Below are positions 21,098 through 24,000 of a stretch of DNA of 24,000 nt, one piece after another. The notes under the pieces are model-generated. The model had not been told where the DNA came from and ran no database searches. It saw nothing but the letters and a program-made list of their open reading frames with translations. The stretch is from Vicinamibacterales bacterium (GTDB taxonomy: Bacteria; Acidobacteriota; Vicinamibacteria; Vicinamibacterales; CAVVIG01), in contig DATFWL010000550.1 of NCBI GenBank assembly GCA_035259385.1, positions 18,787 to 42,786 of the forward strand, in the 5' to 3' direction. Both the position numbers and the translations under genes were made by a program. The first letter of the stretch is position 1; the number at the start of each line of letters is the position of its first letter.

Positions 21098-22201
21098 TCA
21101 GGGGTTCGTGGCCGCTCCCGCCGGCACCTCGATCGCGACCGACGTCCTGCCAGCGCGGCTCTCGACCGCGAGTGACGCTCGATCGCCGAACAACATCTGC
21201 AGACGCCGGTCGAGCAGATCCAACCCGTGGCCGGGCGGCCGCGCCGACGCCTCGAACCCGGGTCCGTCGTCCTCGACGGTGATCCGGAGCCGGCGTTCTC
21301 CAGCCGCCGCGCGCACATGGATCGACGCTCCGTCGCGGCGCGGCGAGACCGCGTACTTGACGCTGTTCTCCACCAGCGTCTGCAGCGCCATGCGCGGCAC
21401 CGGCAGCCGCCCCGCGCCGTCGACCACCTCCAGCGAGTAGCGCAGCCGATCGCCGAAGCGCACCCGCTCGATATCGAGATAGGCACGGACGATTTTCAGT
21501 TCTTCTTCGAGCGGGACGATCGGTGTCGCCGTGCTGTCGAGCGCCGATCGCAGTAGCGACGCCAGCTGCCCGATCATCTTCTCGGCGCCGGCCGGGTCGT
21601 CGTGCACGAGCGCCGCGATCGCGTTCAGCGTGTTGAACAGGAAATGCGGCTGCACCCGCGACTCGATCGACGCGAGCTGCGCTTCGGCGGCGAGGCGCCG
21701 CGCCTCGGCCTCGTCGCGCTCCTTGGTCCGCAGCGCGACAGTCGCCTCATCCAGGCGCCGCCGCATGGTCTCGACGACGGTGACGAAGATTCCGAAGATC
21801 AGCGTGATGACGATCGACGCTTTCAGCGAGCCGGCCATCCAGGTGGCGACGATGCCACCGCCGTGCAGATAGCCGACCGCGGCAAGGATCAGGATCGTCA
21901 CGAAGCTGCCGGCCAGCGCGATGCCGACCATCGTCGCGATCAGCACGATCCAGTCGAGCGGGAACCGGTAGCGGCACGACACCGCGCGGGCGACGCGCGG
22001 CATGACGACGCCGAGCATGGGGCCGATGACGAACGAGAAGAGCAGCGAGACGGCGAAGGCCTCGACGAGCCGCCGCGGCGGCGTGCGCAGGCTGACGCCG
22101 CCATAGAAGACCGTCACGACGATCGAGGCGGCGATGCTGGCGCCGGTCACGCGCGCCCAGTACACGCGCGAGAGGCGCCGCGGCCGCTCGGACTTGCCCA
22201 T
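21098..22201 (-). CDS. Membrane sensor histidine kinase, LytS/YehU type (His_kinase PF06580-like plus HATPase_c)
   Basis: About 4-5 N-terminal TM segments and a coiled linker. The family-diagnostic phospho-acceptor block is RVQPHFLFNTLNAIAALV. ATPase motifs follow (LVENSVKYA, DDGPGF, GHGL). Confidence 0.88.
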   Translation of the reverse strand: MGKSERPRRLSRVYWARVTGASIAASIVVTVFYGGVSLRTPPRRLVEAFAVSLLFSFVIGPMLGVVMPRVARAVSCRYRFPLDWIVLIATMVGIALAGSFVTILILAAVGYLHGGGIVATWMAGSLKASIVITLIFGIFVTVVETMRRRLDEATVALRTKERDEAEARRLAAEAQLASIESRVQPHFLFNTLNAIAALVHDDPAGAEKMIGQLASLLRSALDSTATPIVPLEEELKIVRAYLDIERVRFGDRLRYSLEVVDGAGRLPVPRMALQTLVENSVKYAVSPRRDGASIHVRAAAGERRLRITVEDDGPGFEASARPPGHGLDLLDRRLQMLFGDRASLAVESRAGRTSVAIEVPAGAATNP

Positions 22202-22208
22202 CGTTCAG

Positions 22209-22214
22209 ACGTTA
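22209..22214 (-). promoter_or_regulatory. Candidate -10 hexamer TAACGT (minus strand) placed 7 nt upstream of the histidine-kinase ATG
   Basis: The minus strand reads cgcgTAACGTctgaacgATG, with no SD. This is the weakest hexamer of the set. Confidence 0.2.
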
Positions 22215-22284
22215 CGCGAGACGAGCTCCGGACGTCGAGATTGGCGGATGAAGGGTGTGTTTTTCCGATGCAGGGGAACCCGCG

Positions 22285-24000
22285 TCACCCGATGGTCACC
22301 GGCTCGACCGCGGCCGCCGCCGCCACCGACGCCGGGCCGGGGACCGCCTTCGGCGTCCACTGAACGAGCCGACCGTCTCTCGGAATGTGCAGCGCAACCG
22401 GCCGCGCGTATGCGGGCATCGGCACGATCTTCCTGAGGTTGGCGTAGACCGGATGCCTGCCGTGCTCCCTGTACCAGTCCGCGACCTTGGCGCTCTGATA
22501 CATGTTCTCGACGATCTGCCGCCAGCCGACGCCGGTGTTGTAGGCGCAGAACGAGATCTCGCCCATCTGCGTCGCGTAGGGAATGATACACATCTCGGTG
22601 CGGCGGAAGTCGTAGGTCCAGAGATCCTGGAACCACATGCCGGCGACGAACATCAGCAGCCACTCGTCGCCCTTGCGATTGTCGTTGTCGCGCGCCCCGA
22701 GCCGGCCGCCCAGCTGTCCGCCGCTCTGCTTGTCGAACTTGTGCAGGAGATCAATCAGGCGGAAGCCGGCCGGCGCCTTCAGCGGGTGGTAGTTGCGGAG
22801 CAGGCTCAGCGCGCTCTGCACGATCGTGAGCGCGCGCCCGCGGGCGGCATCGGCAATCGCGGTCGCGTCGCTGAGCACCTGCTCGACGTTCAGGAACTCG
22901 GAGAGCGGCGCCCACTCCTTCGTCTTCTTGCTGACCATGAAGCCCATGCCGACGCCGCAGTCGGGGTGACAGCCGCAGCTGAGCGATCCCCACTGGGCGC
23001 CCGGGCCTCTCATCAGGTCGGTGACCTGCGACATCGTGCTCGCCGCGGACAGCGGAAACCAGTCGCGCAGCGGATCGGTGACGCCGGTCTGGCGCTTCAT
23101 GTCCTCGGCGAGGTGCGACAGCGTGTAGCGCTTGCGGTGGCGCTCGTCGTCGCCGATCGCCTCGTCGCGGCCGGTGAACGACACCGGCTGGAACGACACG
23201 AAGCTCACCTTGTCGCAGTTCTGCAGCGCGAACTTGACGATCGGTCCCACCTGATGATCGTTGACGGTGTTGACGATCGTCACGACGAGGCAGATGTCGA
23301 TGCCGGCGGCGTGGAGGTTCTCGATCGCCCGCAACTTGACGTCGAACAGGTTGCCGACCTTGCGGTGGGCGTTGGCGTCCTCGCCGATGCCGTCGAACTG
23401 CAGGTAGGCGATGCGCATCCCGGCGTCGTGCGCCTGCCGCGCGAACTCCGGATCCTGCGCGAAGCGGATGCCGTTGGTCGCCGCCTGGACGCTGAAGTAG
23501 CCGATCGCGCGCGCGTAGCGGACCGCCTCGAGGAAGATCGGCGAGATGGTCGGCTCGCCGCCCGAGAACTGCACGGTCATCTGCCGCCGCGGCTTGATGC
23601 TGATCGCGTCGTCGAGCAGCTTGCGGACGTCGTCGAAGGTCAGCTCGTGGACGTAGCCGACCTGGTTGGCGTCCATGAAGCACGGATCGCACATCATGTT
23701 GCAGCGGTTGGTCAGGTCGATCGTCAGCACCGCGCCGCGCCCGTACCTGATCGACGACGTGCCGTGGTTGTGCAGCGTGTCGGTGATCGCGGGAAAGTCG
23801 CGGCCGGGAAAGAGCGATTCGAGACGGCGGAGAAATGCGGGATTCACCGCGAGCGTGTCGACGAAGGTGCCGTGGCGCGGGCACGTCTTCTCGACGATCA
23901 CTTTGCCGTCGCGCTCGAGGATCTGCGCCTTGATCTCGCCGACGTGATCGTCGACGAGCGACTCGATCGCCTGCTCGCCGGCGAGAATGCGCGCGCGCGC
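22285..24000 (-). CDS. Large radical-SAM enzyme, Tes / GDGT-MAS-like, copy 2 (5-prime end lies beyond the window)
   Basis: The frame stays open and homologous to copy 1 up to the window edge: ARARILAGEQAIESLVDDHVGEIKAQILERDGKVIVEKTCPRHGTF aligns with REARQAILDGKKDVSVLLNEKVGEIKATILERDGKILMVKDCLIHGHF. The GTG at 23901 in the ORF track is therefore internal. All copy-1 blocks are present: TNRCNMMCDPCFMDAN, VQFSGGEPT, YLQFDGIG, SFQPVSFTGRDE, SCGCHPDCGVG and GMWFQDLWTYDFRRTEMCIIPYATQMGEISFCAYNTG. Confidence 0.88.
   Translation of the reverse strand, partial: ARARILAGEQAIESLVDDHVGEIKAQILERDGKVIVEKTCPRHGTFVDTLAVNPAFLRRLESLFPGRDFPAITDTLHNHGTSSIRYGRGAVLTIDLTNRCNMMCDPCFMDANQVGYVHELTFDDVRKLLDDAISIKPRRQMTVQFSGGEPTISPIFLEAVRYARAIGYFSVQAATNGIRFAQDPEFARQAHDAGMRIAYLQFDGIGEDANAHRKVGNLFDVKLRAIENLHAAGIDICLVVTIVNTVNDHQVGPIVKFALQNCDKVSFVSFQPVSFTGRDEAIGDDERHRKRYTLSHLAEDMKRQTGVTDPLRDWFPLSAASTMSQVTDLMRGPGAQWGSLSCGCHPDCGVGMGFMVSKKTKEWAPLSEFLNVEQVLSDATAIADAARGRALTIVQSALSLLRNYHPLKAPAGFRLIDLLHKFDKQSGGQLGGRLGARDNDNRKGDEWLLMFVAGMWFQDLWTYDFRRTEMCIIPYATQMGEISFCAYNTGVGWRQIVENMYQSAKVADWYREHGRHPVYANLRKIVPMPAYARPVALHIPRDGRLVQWTPKAVPGPASVAAAAAVEPVTIG

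Noticed and set aside
1-24000. Searched for mobile elements, prophage, defence-system genes, and tRNA or rRNA genes.
   Set aside because: No transposase, integrase, recombinase, nuclease or helicase-type ORFs were recognisable. There are no terminal inverted repeats flanking a gene block, no cloverleaf-compatible sequences with a GTTCRANYC T-loop, and no abrupt compositional shift.

Overview
GC-rich bacterial chromosomal window. The gene content (two CarboxypepD_reg-type TonB-dependent receptors, a TPR-tailed Ser/Thr kinase) looks Acidobacteriota-like, but that is inference only. I can support 17 protein-coding genes: a DUF4281/ABA4-like membrane protein, a TPR protein, folE, two TonB-dependent receptors, an S9 peptidase, an exported hypothetical protein, an exported RidA-family protein, two translationally coupled multi-pass membrane proteins, a 191-aa orphan, the Ser/Thr kinase, a cupredoxin-like protein, a LytS-type kinase with a LytTR regulator, and two large radical-SAM enzymes. 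I saw no rRNA, tRNA, CRISPR array, transposase or integrase. Main hunt result: the two radical-SAM genes (14200-16314, and 22285 to beyond 24000) are diverged paralogues. Their motif architecture matches, from memory, the archaeal tetraether-lipid synthase family (Tes / GDGT-MAS, MJ0619-type). That makes this a candidate bacterial membrane-spanning-lipid (iso-diabolic acid / brGDGT-type) locus with no demonstrated function. Second result: the intergenic regions are unusually structured. G-rich 7-nt and 9-nt tandem repeats begin within about 15 nt of stop codons, G-rich on the sense strand of the nearest gene. A repeat-plus-hairpin terminator module occurs twice. Five genes without a usable Shine-Dalgarno sequence have a TAnnnT hexamer 6-7 nt upstream of the ATG, suggesting leaderless mRNAs. 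Homology calls rest on motif recognition by eye; no searches were run.
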